From an uncultured Gemmatimonadales bacterium (lineage in GTDB: Bacteria > Gemmatimonadota > Gemmatimonadetes > Longimicrobiales > Gaopeijiaceae), in contig CAWGKG010000019.1 of assembly GCA_963823035.1 (NCBI GenBank), positions 64,001 through 128,000 on the forward strand: DNA of 64,000 bases, read 5' to 3'. A program made the translations under genes and the position numbers. The notes below the pieces were generated by a model. It saw only the letters and a list, made by a program, of their open reading frames with translations, was not told the origin of the DNA and did no database searches. Below are positions 49,958 through 60,396 of the stretch, in pieces (position 1 is the stretch's first letter; every line of letters begins with the position of its first letter).

Positions 49958-51040
49958 GTGCTCCTCCCACATCGCCCGCGTTTCCTGCTTTCGTGTTGCG
50001 CGCTCCTCCTCGCGGCATGCGGGGGATCCGAGCGGGAGGCTTCCCCGGGAGCCGACCGTTCGGTGCCGACCTTCCGGGCGGCGCTGCTCACCGCCGGCCC
50101 CGTGAGCGACGCGGGTTGGTACGCCGGAGCGTATGCCGGCCTCATGATGCTGCGCGACTCGCTGGGTGCGGAGGTCAGCCACCAGCAGACGCGCACGCCG
50201 GCCGAGTTCGACGAGGCGTTCGCCTCGTACGCGTCGGCCGGCTACGACCTGGTGTTCGCGCACGGCTTCGAGTACCAGGACGCCGCCGTCCGCGCGGGCC
50301 GGCGCTTCCCCGACGTCACCTTCGTGGTGAGCGGAGGCGGGAAGGTGGCGGCCAACGTGGTGCCGCTGATCTTCACGCTGGAGGAGGGCACCTACCTGGC
50401 CGGGATGGTCGCGGCCGGGATGAGCGCCACGCATACGCTCGGGATGGTGGGCGGCGTGGCGATCCCGCCCGTGCAGGGGACCTTCCGTGCCTTCGAGGCC
50501 GGCGCGCACGCGGTGGACCCCGACGCGCGGGTGCTGGAGGCGTTCATCGGCAACTGGGACGACGTGGGCGCGGCCAAGGAGGCCGCGATCGCCCAGCTGC
50601 GCCGCGGGGCGGACGTGCTCGTCCACAACACGGACGCGGCCTCCTTCGGCGTCTTCCAGGCCGTACGTGAGGCGGTCGAGGCGGGCGACCGGGTGTGGGC
50701 CATCGGCATGAACAACGACCAGAACGACGTGGCCCCGGAGGTGACGCTGGGCAGCGCGGTGATCGACATCCCGAAGGCCTTCATGGAGACGGCGCGTGCT
50801 TGGCAGGCCGGTACGCTCGGCGGCGCGCCGCTGTACGCGGGGCTGCGTGACGGAGTGATCGACTTCGTCGTGAACCCGGCGGTCGCCGACCAGATCCCGG
50901 ACGGCCTGCTGGCCCGCGTGGACGAGGCCCGGGCCGGGATCCGCGACGGCAGCCTCCAGGTGCCGCGGGTCCCCTTCGTCGAGGGCGAGCCCGGCGCGGC
51001 CGCGGACACCGCCGCGGGAGGAGGATCGGCGGGCTCGTGA
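49958..51040 (+). CDS. BMP-family ABC substrate-binding lipoprotein (purine nucleoside type)
   Basis: AAAGGA RBS and GTG start; lipobox LAAC; GPVSDAGWY, DLVFAHGFEY, YLAGMVAA. Confidence 0.88.
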   Translation: MLLPHRPRFLLSCCALLLAACGGSEREASPGADRSVPTFRAALLTAGPVSDAGWYAGAYAGLMMLRDSLGAEVSHQQTRTPAEFDEAFASYASAGYDLVFAHGFEYQDAAVRAGRRFPDVTFVVSGGGKVAANVVPLIFTLEEGTYLAGMVAAGMSATHTLGMVGGVAIPPVQGTFRAFEAGAHAVDPDARVLEAFIGNWDDVGAAKEAAIAQLRRGADVLVHNTDAASFGVFQAVREAVEAGDRVWAIGMNNDQNDVAPEVTLGSAVIDIPKAFMETARAWQAGTLGGAPLYAGLRDGVIDFVVNPAVADQIPDGLLARVDEARAGIRDGSLQVPRVPFVEGEPGAAADTAAGGGSAGS

Positions 51041-52550
51041 CCCCCCCGCTGGCCCGGCTCTCCGGGATCGTCAAGCGGTTCGGTCCGGTCACGGCCCTCG
51101 ACGGCGCGGAGCTCGAGCTGGGCGCCGGAGAGGTGCACGGCGTGCTCGGGGAGAACGGCGCCGGAAAGACGACCCTGCTGGGGATCCTGGCCGGGATGCT
51201 CCGCCCCGACTCCGGCACGGTGGAGATCGGCGGAGAGGCCCGTCGACTCCGTCGGCCGGGTGATGCGTGGGCCGCGGGCGTCGGGATGGTGCACCAGCAC
51301 TTCACGCTCGTGCCGGCGCTCTCCGTGCTCGAGAACCTCGCGCTCGGGCGGCGCTCCGGGGGCGGCGGGCTGGCCCTCCCGTACGGGAAGACTCCGCGAC
51401 GAGGCCGCGGCCCTCTCCGAGCGGACGGGGCTCGCGGTGCCCCTGGACGCGCGGGTCGAGGAGCTGGGGGTGGGAAGCCGGCAGCGCGTCGAGATCCTCA
51501 AGGCGCTCCTCCGCCGACCGCGTGTCCTGGTGCTCGACGAGCCGACGGCGGTGCTCGCGCCCGCGGAGGTCGACGCGCTCTTCGCTCTCCTGCGCGAGAT
51601 GGCCGCCGGGGGACAGGGCATCGCGCTCGTGGCGCACAAGCTCGACGAGGTGCTGGCCGTGTCCGACCGCGTGACCGTGCTCCGGCACGGCCGAACCGTG
51701 CTGACGGCATCCGCCCGGGAGGTGGACGTGCCCACCCTGGTGGAGGCGATGGTGGGGGGCGGCCCTGCGGACGCCGCGGCGCTGGGCGCTCCGCTTCCCC
51801 GCGTGGAAGAGCGGGATGAGAGCGTGGAGGCCGGGCCCGTCGTCGCGCGGATCGAGGGCGTGCGGGCGCGGGCGGTCCGCGGCGAGTGGGCGGTGGCGGG
51901 GGTGTCGCTCTCGGTGCGGCGCGGCGAGATCGTGGGCATCGCGGGCGTGGAGGGGAACGGGCAGCGTGAGCTCGCGGCCGTGCTCGCCGGGCGGCGCGTG
52001 CCGGACGAGGGGCGCGTCGAGCTTCCCGCCGGGGTCGGCTTCATCTCGCAGGACCGGACGCTGGAAGGGCTCATCGGGGACTTCGACCTGACCGGCAACG
52101 TGGCCCTGGCCTTCCACGCGGACCGCGCGTACAGAACGGGGCCGCTCGCTGCGCTGGGGGGCGTTGCGGGCCCGCACCTGGGAGCTGATGGCCCGCTTCG
52201 ACGTGCGCGCCCCCTCCCCCGACGTGCCGGCGTCCTCGCTCTCCGGCGGCAACCAGCAGCGCGTGGTCGTGGCGAGGGAGCTGGCGGTGGCGGCGGACCT
52301 TCTCGTGGCCGAGAACCCGACGCGCGGACTCGACGTCGCCGCGTCGGCGTTCGTGCATGGGCAGCTGGCCGCGCTCGTGCGTGGGAGGACGGCACCGGGC
52401 GTGGTGCTCGTGTCCACCGACCTGGACGAGGTGCTCGCGCTCGCCCAGCGGGTCTTCGTGATGAGCCGCGGCACGCTGACGGAGGTGGGCCCGGGTGAGC
52501 GCACGCGCGAGGGGGTGGGGGCGCTCATGGTCGCGGCGGGCCATGCCTGA
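51037..52550 (+). CDS. nucleoside/sugar ABC transporter ATP-binding protein (two ABC domains); frame breaks near 51390 and 52155
   Basis: GENGAGKTT, MVHQHF, LDEPTAVL, GIAGVEGNGQ, LSGGNQQR, ENPTRGLD. Confidence 0.88.
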
Positions 52551-53619
52551 GCGCGCGCCCGGACGTCTCGCCCCGCTCGTCGTGCCGGCGGCCGCGCTCG
52601 TGCTCACCGCCTGTACCGCGGCGCTGGCCCTGGCCGCGGGAGGGTACGACGTGGGGCGTGCCGCATCGGCGCTGGCGGGAGGTGCCTTCGGCGGATGGGA
52701 CGCGATCCTCTCGGTGACGCTGGTGCGTTCCGTCCCGCTCGTCCTGACCGGCCTGGCGGTCGCCCTGGCCTTCCGGGGCGGCGTCTGGAACATCGGTGCG
52801 GAGGGGCAGCTCTACGCGGGCGCCATCGCGGCCACCTGGGTCGGCCTGAGCGGGGGGGCTCTGCCGCCCTGGGTGCTCGCGCCCGCCGTGCTGGGCGCGG
52901 CCGCGCTGGCCGGGGCCGCCTGGGCCCTGGTGCCCGCGCTCATGAAGCTCCGGCTCGGCGTGGGGGAGGTCATCACGACCATCCTCATGAACTTCGTGGC
53001 GATCGACCTGGCGGCGTACGCCGTACGTGGGCCTCTCCAGGAGGCGCGCGGCGTCTTCCCGCAGACGGACCCCATCGCCGAGGGGGCGCGCCTCCCCCTC
53101 TTCGGCGGATCGCGGCTCCACGTGGGGTTCCTCGTCGCGGTGGGGCTCGCGCTCCTCCTCTGGGGCATGCTGCGCTGGACGCGGGCCGGCTTCGCCCTGC
53201 GCGCCGTCGGAGCCTCGCCGGAAGCGGCCCGCGTGGCCGGGCGGATCGACGCGGCCCGCGTGACGGGGTCGGCCTTCCTGGCCTCGGGTGCGCTCGCGGG
53301 GCTCGCCGGCGGCGTACAGGTGGCCGGCGTGACCTACGCGCTCTACGAGGGGCTGTCTCCGGGGTGGGGCTACACCGCGATCGCCGTCGCCCTCCTGGCC
53401 GGGCTCCATCCCGGAGGCGTGGTGGTCGTCGGCATCCTCTTCGGCGCGCTCGAGGGAGGGGCGGGGGCGATGCAGCGCTCGGCCGGCATCCCGGCCGCGT
53501 GGGTAAGCGCGGTCGAGGCGCTCGCCATCCTCTCCGTCCTGGCGGTGGATCAGCTCCTCCGCCGGATGGGGCCGGGGCGGCGCGCCGGGGTCGGCGTTCC
53601 GGGGGTGGCCGATGCCTGA
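52543..53619 (+). CDS. nucleoside ABC transporter permease
   Basis: FRGGVWNIGAEGQ, EVITTILMNF, GFALRAVG...AARVAG, GYTAIAVALL. Confidence 0.9.
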   Translation: MPERAPGRLAPLVVPAAALVLTACTAALALAAGGYDVGRAASALAGGAFGGWDAILSVTLVRSVPLVLTGLAVALAFRGGVWNIGAEGQLYAGAIAATWVGLSGGALPPWVLAPAVLGAAALAGAAWALVPALMKLRLGVGEVITTILMNFVAIDLAAYAVRGPLQEARGVFPQTDPIAEGARLPLFGGSRLHVGFLVAVGLALLLWGMLRWTRAGFALRAVGASPEAARVAGRIDAARVTGSAFLASGALAGLAGGVQVAGVTYALYEGLSPGWGYTAIAVALLAGLHPGGVVVVGILFGALEGGAGAMQRSAGIPAAWVSAVEALAILSVLAVDQLLRRMGPGRRAGVGVPGVADA

Positions 53620-54548
53620 GACGGCGCTGGCCGCTTTCCTGGAGGCTTCGGTGCGCCTCGGTGTGCCGCTCGCGCTGGCCGCGCTGGGCGAGACGGTCAC
53701 CGAGCGGAGCGGCGTCATCAACATCGGCCTGGAGGGCTCGATCATCGCCGGAGCGCTCGGGGGCGCCATGGGTGCGCTCGCGCTCGGCTCCGCGGGAGGC
53801 GGCGTGCTGGTCGGGGCGGCCGCGGGGCTCGTTGGTCGCCGCGGTGTTCGCGGCCTTCGCGGTGGGGCTGGGCGCCGACCAGATCATCACGGGCACGGCC
53901 GTCACCCTGGGCGGCCTGGGCGTGACGGGCGCCGTGTACCAGGCGCGCTTCGGCGCGACCGGGACGGCGCTCTCCCTGCCGACGCTCGCGCCCCTGCCGA
54001 TTCCCGGCCTCGAGCAGATCCCGCTGGTCGGACGCGCGCTCTTCGCCCAGGCGCCGACCGCGTATCTGGCCTACCTGGCTGCGCCCGCCCTCTGGTGGCT
54101 CCTCTTCCGCACGGAGTGGGGGCTTTCCCTGCGCGCGACCGGCGAGGCGCCCGAGGCGGCCGAGGCCGCGGGCGTGCCCGTGCGGGGAACGCGCGTTCTC
54201 GCGACGCTCTTCGGCGGTGCGATGGCGGGCATCGCGGGCGCGCACCTCGCGCTCGCCCACGCCGGCACCTTCGCGGAGAACATGTCGGCGGGGCGGGGCT
54301 TCATCGCGATCGCCGTCGTCGTGCTCGGGCGCTGGCACCCGATCCGCGTGCTCGTCGCGGCCCTCTTCTTCGGCGCGGCCTCGGCGCTGCAGTTCTTCCT
54401 GCAGACGCTCGGCCTCGACCTCCCCTACCAGCTCTTCCTCGCGCTTCCCTACCTCCTGAGCCTGGCCGCGCTGGCGGGTTGGGTCGGGCGGGCCCGCGCA
54501 CCGGCGGCGCTCGCGCTCCCCTGGCCACGCCGGGGCGCGGGCGCGTAA
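53612..54548 (+). CDS. nucleoside ABC transporter permease; frame break near 53830
   Basis: ALGETVTERSGVINIGLEG, then GLSLRATGEAPEAA, GRGFIAIAVVVLGRW, ALPY. Confidence 0.88.
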
Positions 54549-54664
54549 CCCGACGCGGCCTCGCGGGTACCCCGGACCGCGGGCGATTCCTTAGGTTCGG
54601 ACCTTCGATTGCAAGGGCGGACCGGCCGCCCGCGCGAAACTGCCCATCGGTCAGGGAATTCCAC

Positions 54665-57336
54665 ATGGTGATCCGTCGGCTCGAGCGCGTCGGCCTCGCG
54701 CTCCTCCTCACCCTCTCCGCGCTCCTCCCGCTTCCCGCGGCCGCGCAGTCGCTCGACGGGACCGGGGTGGTGGCCACCGGCCTCCTCCTGCGCCGGATGG
54801 ACGGCGTGAAACGCGTCCTCATGATCGGGGCCCACCCGGACGACGAGGACACCAGCCTGCTGGCGGCGCTCTCGCGACGCTACGGTGTCCAGACGGCGTA
54901 CCTCGCGCTGACGCGCGGCGAAGGTGGGCAGAACCTGATCGGGCCGGAGCTGTGGGACGGGCTCGGGATCATCCGCACGGGCGAGCTCGAGGCGGCGCGG
55001 AACCTGGACGGCGGGCGGCAGTTCTTCTCGCGCGCCTTCGACTACGGCTTCTCGAAGCGGGCGGACGAGGCGCTCACCTTCTGGCCGCGCGACGAGCTGC
55101 TTGCCGACGTGGTGTGGATCATCCGCAGGTTCCGGCCACAGGTCGTCGTGTCCGTGTTCACGGGTACGCCCGTCGACGGCCACGGCCAGCATCAGGCTGC
55201 CGGCATCATGGCGCGCGAGGCCTTCGAGGCGGCCGGCGATCCGGAGCGCTTTCCCGAGCAGCTCGCGCGCGGCGTGGAGGCGTGGGCTCCGTCCAAGCTG
55301 TACGGCGGCGTCTGGCGCAATCCTACGGAGGCGACGGTCCGGGTGGAGACGGGCGCGTACGATCCGCTCCTCGGGCGCTCCGAGCTCCAGCTCGCCATGG
55401 AGAGCCGGAGCTTCCACCGCTCGCAGGACATGGGGACGTCGCGTCCCCTGGGTCCGCGGACCTCCGGCATGCGACTCGTGCAGGACCGCACGGGCGCCTC
55501 CGGCGACGACGACGGGATCTTCGCGGGCGTGGACACGACGCTGGTGGGTGCGGCGGACGGGCTGCCCGCCTCGGCCGTACAGGCGACGCGCGCGCATCTG
55601 CAGGCGTACCGCGCGGCCATCCAGAAGGCCGGCACCCTCCTGGGCGGAGCCGATCCGTTCGCGGTGGTCTCGCCGCTGGAGGAGGCGCTCGGCCACCTGC
55701 TGCAGGCCCGGGACGCCGCGGGAGCCGGGGCCGGCACCGAGCTGAAGGACGTCCTGGACGACAAGATCGACCTCGCGCGCAAGGCGGTGCTCGCGGCAGC
55801 GGGCGTGGTGCTCGACGTGCGCGCGCAGGACGACCTGGTGACACCCGGGCAGACCGTACGTGTCGACGCGATCGCGTGGAACGGTGGGCCGACCACGCTG
55901 CGGGGCGCCGGCGCGGCGCTGGCGCTCCCGCCGGGTTGGCAGGCCGCGGAGGTGAGTAGCGACGGCCTCGCGCCCGGACGGTAGCCTCGCGCCCCGCGTC
56001 CCTGGCGCGGTGGACGTTCGACGTCACGCTCCCGGCCGACGCCGACCTTTCGCGGCTCTACTACCTGCGCCAGCCCCGCGACGGGTACGTCTACCATTGG
56101 CCGCAGGACCACCCCGAGCTGTGGGGCCTGCCGCGGGATCCGGCGCCCGTGCACGCGACCTTCGCCTTCTCCGCCGCGACCGGTGGCAAGGAGGTCTCGG
56201 TCGAGCGCACCATGCCGTGGACGTTCGTGGGCGTGAACCCCGCGCGCGGCGAGTTCCGCCGACCCGTGCTCACCGTGCCCGCGGTGTCGGCGGCGATCTC
56301 ACCCGGGGCGCTCGTTTGGCCGCAGGCGCGTCGTGACGCGCGGACGCTCACCGTCTCCGTGCGCTCGGAGGCGACGGGTGGTAGCAGTGGCCGCGTCACC
56401 CTTTCCGCACCCGCGGGGTGGAGCGTATCGCCCGACGGATACGACTTCGACCTCGAGGCGGAGGGTGCCGAGCGTTCTTTCTCCTTCGAGGCGAGCCCCT
56501 CCGGCGTGCCCGAGGCGGGGGAGGCGACGTTCCACGCCGTAGCCACCGCGGCCGATGGACGCCGCTACGACGAGGGATTCTCGATCATCGACTACGAGCA
56601 CATCCAGCGGGCCGCGCTCTTCTCACCCGCCGAGGCGACGATCACGGTCGTTCCGGTGCGCATCGCCGCCGGCCTGCGCGTGGGCTACATCATGGGCACC
56701 GGCGACGACGGCCCCGAAGCGCTCCGCCAGATGGGCGCCGACGTCACCCTCCTCGGACCCGACCAGGTCAGGAGCGGCGACTACGCGCCCTACGACGTGG
56801 TGGTGGTGGGCGTGCGCGCCTACGAGACCCGCGCGGACCTCAAGTCGGCCAACGCCCAGCTCCTCGACTACGCGAAGGGCGGCGGGACGGTCGTGGTGCA
56901 GTACAACCAGTACGACTTCGCGCGCGGTGGCTACACACCCTACGAGGTCTCCATGAGCCGACCGGCGGCGCGCGTCGCGGAAGAGGACGCGCAGGTGAAG
57001 ATCCTGGAGCCGTCGGCCCCGGTCTTCACGACGCCGAACCCGATCACGCAGAAGGACTTCGAGGGGTGGGTCCAGGAGCGCGGGCTCTACTTTCTGAGCG
57101 AGTGGGATGACCACTTCACGCCCCTTCTCGAGATGCACGACCAGGACGAGCCGCCCGCGCGGGGCTCCCTTCTCGTGGCGCCTGTGGGAGACGGCCTGTA
57201 CGTGTACGCCGCGCTCTCCTTCTTCAGGCAGTGGTCGTCGGGTGTGCCGGGCGCCTACCGCCTCTTCGCGAACATCGTGTCGCTGAAAGCGAGTGACTGG
57301 CGGAGCTTCCGGCGGGTATCGCAGCCCGAGCGCTGA
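54665..57336 (+). CDS. exported PIG-L family deacetylase with NEW3/Ig-like and C-terminal GATase-like domains; frame break near 55980
   Basis: Signal peptide; GAHPDDED, TRGEGGQNLIG, GHGQHQ, SRSFHRSQDMG; C-terminal VGYIMGTGD, GVRAY, WVQERGLYF, GAYRLFAN. Confidence 0.88.
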
Positions 57337-57358
57337 GGGAAGAGGCCCGCATCGCCGC

Positions 57359-58409
57359 ATGGCGCGTGGTGCGACCCTGAGGACCGGTCGGCGGTGGGCG
57401 CCGGTGGCCGTGGTCCTGATCGCGGCGTGCGGACACGCGCACGAGGTGACCGTCTATACCTCGCTCGATCCCGAGGTGACCGCATGGGCCGCGAACGCGT
57501 TCGGGACCGCGCGACCCGACGTGGCGGTGCGCTTCGAGGCGGTGGCCTCCGGGGAGCTGCTCGGACGCTTGCGTGCCGAGCGCGGGGATCCGGGTGCGCA
57601 GGTGGTTTGGGGGGCACCGTCCTGGACGCTCGCGACCGCGGCGGCCGAGGGCCTGCTGGCCCCGGGCGCCCCCTCCTGGGCGGCGTCCCTTCCGGACGGG
57701 CTCCGCGACCCGGAGGGGCGGTGGGCCGCCAGCCTCGTCGATCCGATCGTGCTCGCCTTCGACCACGACGAGCTGAGCCGCAGCCGTGCGCCGCGGGACT
57801 GGATCGACCTCTTCCATCCCCGCTTCACGGGCGAGGTGCTCGTCCCCGAGCCCGGAGCGGACGACGGCGGCTCCATCCTCCTCGGCGACACACGCGCAGG
57901 TGTCGCTCGAGGCGTACGGCGACATCCTGGCCGCCATCGACTGGTTCAAGCGCCTCGACGGACAGACCAGGCGCTACGAGGCCGACGAGACGATGCTGCT
58001 CCGCCACCTGGGGCGTGGGGACGGGAGCGTGGCGCCGGCACGGCTCTCGCTCGCCGAAGCGGCGAGGCGGGCGGACACGCCCGTGGAGTGGGTCGTCCCC
58101 GAGTCGGGCGGCCCGCTCCTGGTCCAGGGCGTGGCGGTCGTCACCGGGGCCGCCGACGCGGACGCCGCCCGCGCGTTCGTGGAATGGCTGGGGAGGCCGG
58201 AGGCCGCACAGGCGCTTTCGGACGAGCTGCACCGCGTGCCTGCCTCCTTCGTCGCCGAGCCCTCGCGGCTGGGGTGGCTGCCCGACGCCGCCACCGCGTT
58301 GGGTGGGCACGTGCCCTCGGCCGACACCCTCGCCGCGAACCTCGACGCATGGATCGAGCGGTGGAAGCGGGACGCGCGGGGGCGGGGATCGAGGATCTAC
58401 ATCCCGTAG
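57359..58409 (+). CDS. ABC substrate-binding lipoprotein (Fe3+/phosphonate/polyamine-type fold); frame break near 57890
   Basis: Lipobox IAAC; VTVYTS, GELLGRLRAE, PRDWIDL, VVPESG, ARAFVEWL. Confidence 0.75.
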
Positions 58410-58439
58410 ATCCTCCGGCACGTCCCGGCGTGCGACCCC

Positions 58440-60110
58440 CTACGCCTCCGCCGGGCGCGGCGCGACGAAGCTCAGCAGCATCCCGACCACCACGACCGTC
58501 ACGGCGCCGACCACGTTGTGCCAGAGGAACGACACCTCGGGCAAGCCGAACGACACGGCACCCACGGCGGTCATCCCGGCGATGAGCCCGACGAAGGCGC
58601 CGAGGGGACGTGCGCGCCCGATCATCGCGAGCATGAAGACGCCGAGGATCGAGCCGTAGAAGAACGACCCGAAGCGGTTCACCACCTCGATCAGTGATCC
58701 GAGCGTGGCGGCGTACGTCGCGACGAAACAGGCGAAGAGCCCCCAGAAGCCCGTCGCGATCTTCGAGACGGTGAGGAAATGGCCGTCGCTGGCCTCCGGC
58801 TTCACCCACCTGCGGTAGAAGTCGATGACGGTGGTGGTGGAGAGCGAGTTGAGCTCCGCCGCGATGCTGGACATGGCCGCCGCGAGCACGCCCGCGATGA
58901 ACAGCCCGGACAACCCGACGGGAAGCTCGGAGAGCACGAAGCGCGGGATGATGTAGTTGACGTCCCTGGAGGGCCTGCCGGTGACCTCCTCGGCCATCGC
59001 GAGCGCGTCGTTGCGCACGCCCTGCACGTCGCTCTCCCTGGCACGGAACTCGCTCATGGCAGCTCGCGCCGCCGGGCCCTCCGAGTCCGCGACGCGGCGG
59101 GCCGCCGCCTCACGCTGCCGATAGTAGAAGCGGTACTGGTCGTCGAGGATGGCGTATTCGGTAGGCCGCACGGCCTCGACGGCCGCCTCCTGCGCCGGGT
59201 TGTAGAGCAGGGGCGGCGTCACGAACTGGTAGTAGACGAACACCAGCACGCCGACGAGCAACACGAGCGCCTGGAGCGGGATCTTCCAGTAGGCGCTCAT
59301 GAGGAGCGAGCTACGCGCCTCGGGCACGGACTTCGCGGTCAGGTAGCGCTGCACCTGGCTCTGGTCCGTGCCGAAGTACGACAGCATCAGGAAGGTGCCG
59401 CCCAGGATGCCCGACCAGAACGTGTAGGTCTCCTTGAGCGTGAAGGAGAAGTCGAAGACCCTGAGGCGGCCCGTGCTGCCCGCGATGCGCAGCGCGTCGT
59501 CGGGGCTCACCGGCATCTTCACGAACAGCACGACCACGATGCCGACGAGCGCCGCCACGATCAGCACCATCTGCTTCACGTCGGCCCACGTCACCGCCTG
59601 CACGCCGCCGATCATCGTGTAGATCACGGTGGGGATGCCGATGATCGCCACCGACAGCGGCAGGCTCCATCCGAACACGGCGGAGAAGACGACCGCCGGC
59701 GCGGCGATGATCGTGCCGCACGACATGCCGCGCGACAGCAGGAAGAGGAAGGCGGTGAGCGAGCGGGTCTTCGCGTCGAAGCGCCGCTCGAGGTACTCGT
59801 AGGCCGTGAAGACCTTCGAGCCGTGCAGGAACGGAACGAGCGTGACGCCGAGGATCACCATCGCGATCGGCAGCCCGAAGTAGAACTGCACGAAGCGCAT
59901 CCCGTCCGTGGCGCCCTGCCCGGTGGTGCCGATCATCGTGACGGCCGAGAGCTGCGTGGCCATGACGGAGAGGCCGACGGCCCACCACGGCAGGCTCCGA
60001 TTGGCGAGGAAGTAGCCCTCGATCTCGTGGGTGCCCCTGGAGCGCCTCACACCGTCCACCACCACGTACGTCAGGTAGCCGACGACGATGATCCAGTTGA
60101 TCGGGTGCAT
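58440..60110 (-). CDS. sodium:solute symporter (SSS family)
   Basis: GYFLANRSLPWWAVGLSVMATQLSA, YEYLERRFD, GGVQAVTWAD, GTDQSQVQRYL, AAAMSS. Confidence 0.93.
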   Translation of the reverse strand: MHPINWIIVVGYLTYVVVDGVRRSRGTHEIEGYFLANRSLPWWAVGLSVMATQLSAVTMIGTTGQGATDGMRFVQFYFGLPIAMVILGVTLVPFLHGSKVFTAYEYLERRFDAKTRSLTAFLFLLSRGMSCGTIIAAPAVVFSAVFGWSLPLSVAIIGIPTVIYTMIGGVQAVTWADVKQMVLIVAALVGIVVVLFVKMPVSPDDALRIAGSTGRLRVFDFSFTLKETYTFWSGILGGTFLMLSYFGTDQSQVQRYLTAKSVPEARSSLLMSAYWKIPLQALVLLVGVLVFVYYQFVTPPLLYNPAQEAAVEAVRPTEYAILDDQYRFYYRQREAAARRVADSEGPAARAAMSEFRARESDVQGVRNDALAMAEEVTGRPSRDVNYIIPRFVLSELPVGLSGLFIAGVLAAAMSSIAAELNSLSTTTVIDFYRRWVKPEASDGHFLTVSKIATGFWGLFACFVATYAATLGSLIEVVNRFGSFFYGSILGVFMLAMIGRARPLGAFVGLIAGMTAVGAVSFGLPEVSFLWHNVVGAVTVVVVGMLLSFVAPRPAEA

Positions 60111-60120
60111 CGCTCCGCTC

Positions 60121-60246
60121 CTACCGGGTGTAGTGTGCCTGGAGGAGCCAGAGCAGGACGAGCGTGACCACCTGGACGGTCATCACGCGTATCAACGTCG
60201 TGCGGAACGAGGGGGCGGGCGGCCGGTCGGACGGGTCGGCGGTCAT
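60121..60246 (-). CDS. 41-aa single-transmembrane peptide upstream of the SSS transporter
   Basis: Manual translation MTADPSDRPPAPSFRTTLIRVMTVQVVTLVLLWLLQAHYTR; stop lies 10 nt before the SSS ATG. Confidence 0.65.
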   Translation of the reverse strand: MTADPSDRPPAPSFRTTLIRVMTVQVVTLVLLWLLQAHYTR

Positions 60247-60335
60247 GGCGGTCTCGGGAGGGCAGTGGCCGGGCTGTCACGGCCCGGGTCGGACGGCGTA
60301 GCTTCGACGGACCAACGTGTGCGCGCAAGCAATCC

Positions 60336-60361
60336 GGAACAACCGGCGCGTCGCGCTCGTC
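60336..60361 (+). promoter_or_regulatory. candidate ECF-type promoter GGAAC-N17-CGTC
   Basis: Motif about 35 nt upstream of the permease start; match to the generic ECF consensus only. Confidence 0.3.
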
Positions 60362-60396
60362 CATGATGGGAGCCCACCACCTACGGAGGAAGCGTG

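Noticed and set aside
53612..55984. Apparent permease / PIG-L fusion (790-aa ORF)
   Set aside because: Artefact of the frame break near 53830. The permease ends at 54548, and PIG-L has its own start and signal peptide at 54665.
9768..58409. Programmed frameshifting or mass pseudogenisation as the cause of the split genes
   Set aside because: Breaks hit unrelated housekeeping-type genes (ABC, NSS, crcB), show no shared slippery motif and leave flanking motifs intact; sequencing indels are the simpler explanation.
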